A DNA stretch of 64,000 nucleotides from an uncultured Candidatus Rokubacteria bacterium (GTDB lineage Bacteria; Methylomirabilota; Methylomirabilia; Rokubacteriales; DASRDR01): assembly GCA_963826115.1 (NCBI GenBank), contig CAWGVS010000010.1, positions 541,444 through 605,443 on the forward strand, read 5' to 3'. The first letter of the stretch is position 1, and every line of letters starts with the position of its first letter. The notes below the pieces were generated by a model. It saw only the letters and a program-made list of their open reading frames with translations. It had not been told where the DNA came from and searched no databases. This document shows, piece after piece, positions 62,114 through 64,000 of this stretch. The position numbers and the translations under genes were made by a program.

Positions 62114-62564
62114 TCGGCTGCGCCGGCCCGTGACGGGGAGACGACGGGGGCGGGGCCGAATCGTATGACGCTCGTGGGGTGCTCGCCCTCCCGGGCTCGG
62201 TGGGATGGACGACGCGGCAAGCGAGACTCCGCCGCTCGCCGAAGTCGGTCACCCCAGACCTTGCCAGCACGCTAGGCGGCTCGGTGGCTGGGCGACGGCT
62301 CCCGGCCGTGGCAAGGGCCGCCTCCGCCGCCTTTTCGTAATCCTGGCGGTAAACGTCCCCGGCAGAGTCGGCCTTCGGGCTGGCCGAGCTCGGAGGCGAG
62401 CCCGCCCTCGCCCGCGTCTCGCGGCCCCTCCCGATGACGCCCGGCCCATCGGTGGCATCGAGGTGATCGAGAGGCACGCGGCCGGGTCGTCGCACGCCCC
62501 CCTCGAGCACCGGGGGTCTCCATGGCCACCCTGCCGATCCCGCCACTGGCCTCGGCGGCTTCGA

Positions 62565-62610
62565 GTTGGACCAAAGTCCAATATTCCAGCCGGACCGTGT
62601 CGACTAGAGT
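62565..62610 (+). promoter_or_regulatory. TTGGAC-N4-GTCCAA box (62565-62582) plus -10 TAGAGT (62605-62610)
   Basis: GTTGGACCAAAGTCCAAT; 22-bp spacer. Confidence 0.8.
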
Positions 62611-62725
62611 CAGGCGCATGGAGCCCGGATACGTGGTTTCCGCGTGCCGGCCGGCCGAGCGGTGTGGAATCAGCGGCGCGGTGGCCGCCAGGGATGACCT
62701 CAACGGCATCGACAGGAGATTCAAG

Positions 62726-63040
62726 ATGAACGGAATGTCGAAGCGCCTGATGCTCCTCTTTCTTGCGCTGTCCTTCACCTTCGTTACAGGCTGTGCGTCC
62801 ACTACCAAACAGGAAGGGACCGGGGAGTACGTCGACGACTCGGTGGTCACGACCAAAGTGAAGAGCGCCATCCTGAACGACCCCGAGCTGAAGGTGCTAC
62901 AGATCAACGTCGAGACGTTCAAGGGCGTGGTGCAGCTGTCTGGATTCGTCGACTCCAAGGCGATGATGGCCCGCGCGGTCGAGGTGACTCGCGGCGTGGC
63001 CGGTGTGAAGGACGTGAAGGACGACATGCGCGTGCGGTGA
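62726..63040 (+). CDS. Single BON-domain lipoprotein
   Basis: Lipobox VTGC; TGEYVDDSVVTTKVK, INVETFKGVVQLSGFV. Confidence 0.92.
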   Translation: MNGMSKRLMLLFLALSFTFVTGCASTTKQEGTGEYVDDSVVTTKVKSAILNDPELKVLQINVETFKGVVQLSGFVDSKAMMARAVEVTRGVAGVKDVKDDMRVR

Positions 63041-63111
63041 CCGTGCTTCGCCGCTCGACGTGGCGAAGTGACTCGTGCCGCGAGCCGTCGGAGGTCATGA
63101 GGAGGTCGACC

Positions 63112-63624
63112 ATGGACGATATCGGGAGTCAGCTCGTTCAGGACCTGCAGAGGGCCATGTTGCGCCTTCGCCACCTGGGTGGTGCGGCGCCGGCCGAGGA
63201 GCTGCCCGGGACGGCCCGGGACAGCCTCTCGTTTGCGGATGAGGTCGACGGGATCCAGGTCAACGAGAGCCGGGAGATCGGCTTGGCCACGCGTGAGCTG
63301 CTGATGGAGCGCGTGAACCGGCTGTCGGCGGCACTCGACCGGATGAACGAGGGTGCGTACGGCGCCTGCGTCGAGTGTGACGAGGCGATCTCCGCGGCCC
63401 GGCTGCGTGCCATGCCCGAGGCTCAGACCTGTATCCGCTGCCAGGACCGCATCGAGCGTGTCGGTCGTCGGATGGAGCGCGGTCGGCAGAGCGTGTTCGC
63501 CGCCAGCGAGGATCTCGGCATGTCCACGGCGAGCCAGACGTGGGTTCGCTCGCCACGCGTCCCGAGCGACGACGACCGCGGTCTGCGGGTCCCGGACGCG
63601 CTGAGAGCCACGGCTAGCCGCTAG
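63112..63624 (+). CDS. TraR/DksA C4 zinc-finger protein
   Basis: DEVD coiled-coil tip; YGACVEC...RLRAMPEAQTCIRCQ. Confidence 0.88.
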   Translation: MDDIGSQLVQDLQRAMLRLRHLGGAAPAEELPGTARDSLSFADEVDGIQVNESREIGLATRELLMERVNRLSAALDRMNEGAYGACVECDEAISAARLRAMPEAQTCIRCQDRIERVGRRMERGRQSVFAASEDLGMSTASQTWVRSPRVPSDDDRGLRVPDALRATASR

Positions 63625-64000
63625 CGCGTCCGCCCGGAAGTCCGGGCGCTGGCGCCTGTGGTCGAACAGGCGTCGTCGTTGAGGCGTCATGCTGCGCCAT
63701 CAACGCGTCACGACGTTGTCCGTCTGCGCGCCCTTCTGATCACGGGGACCCGGCCTGTCCTCGTGGCTCGGGGCGTGTTGGTGAGCGCGTTCCGCGAGTT
63801 CGCAATCCGCGAGGGGTTGGATCGGTGCCGGCGGCGAGACCAGGGGATGCGGCGGGAAGCGCCCCGGAGGAACGCCGGAATCCCCTCGGGAAGAGACCCA
63901 ACGGACGACGCTACTCTAGGTATCCAAGTGTAGCTGTCAGGCGTGCTCGCCGACGGGCACGTCCATGCTCAGCATGTTCTGAAGTGGTCCGATGCAAGGC

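Noticed and set aside
62130-62520. Possible gene fragment (DVYRQDYEKAAEAAL, VLARSGVTDFG) on the minus strand
   Set aside because: Cannot be assigned to a family or given boundaries without blastx

Overview
High-GC (about 70% by eye) bacterial DNA; gene content resembles Rokubacteria/Methylomirabilota-type soil genomes (inference only). 0.6-24.5 kb is catabolic: a TetR-linked operon (ThDP enzyme, two Zn-dehydrogenases, TRAP transporter, type II dehydroquinase, fused CitD-CitE, CitF), an arylsulfatase, an LLM oxidoreductase, a fused full-length ABC transporter, a KpsS-like gene, and a gallate/protocatechuate 4,5-cleavage operon (split GalA/DesB, ligK, OphC-like, ligJ). 24.5-64 kb is a decaying accessory stress region: an IS630-bracketed alkyl sulfatase, a cpo / DedA-rhodanese / cNMP-TrxR operon, groES-groEL-hsp20-ftsH, cyclic beta-1,2-glucan synthase, and BON, CsbD, CBS, PRC, ferritin-like and DksA genes plus many small or frameshifted ORFs. 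Four signals are not visible in the ORF track. (1) The DedA-rhodanese is very probably a selenoprotein (C-A-UGA-P-N-E plus a SECIS-like hairpin). (2) A palindrome TTGGAC-N4-GTCCAA occurs four times, each exactly 22 bp from a -10-like hexamer (five promoters). (3) A 23-bp YtrA/GntR-type operator occurs three times, including in front of groESL. (4) Two tRNA-Glu 3'-end att scars bracket a 2.9-kb mini-island with a recombinase-tail remnant and an orphaned LAA-ending tail. No complete tRNA, rRNA or CRISPR array was seen. All family assignments are by eye from motifs; no searches were run.
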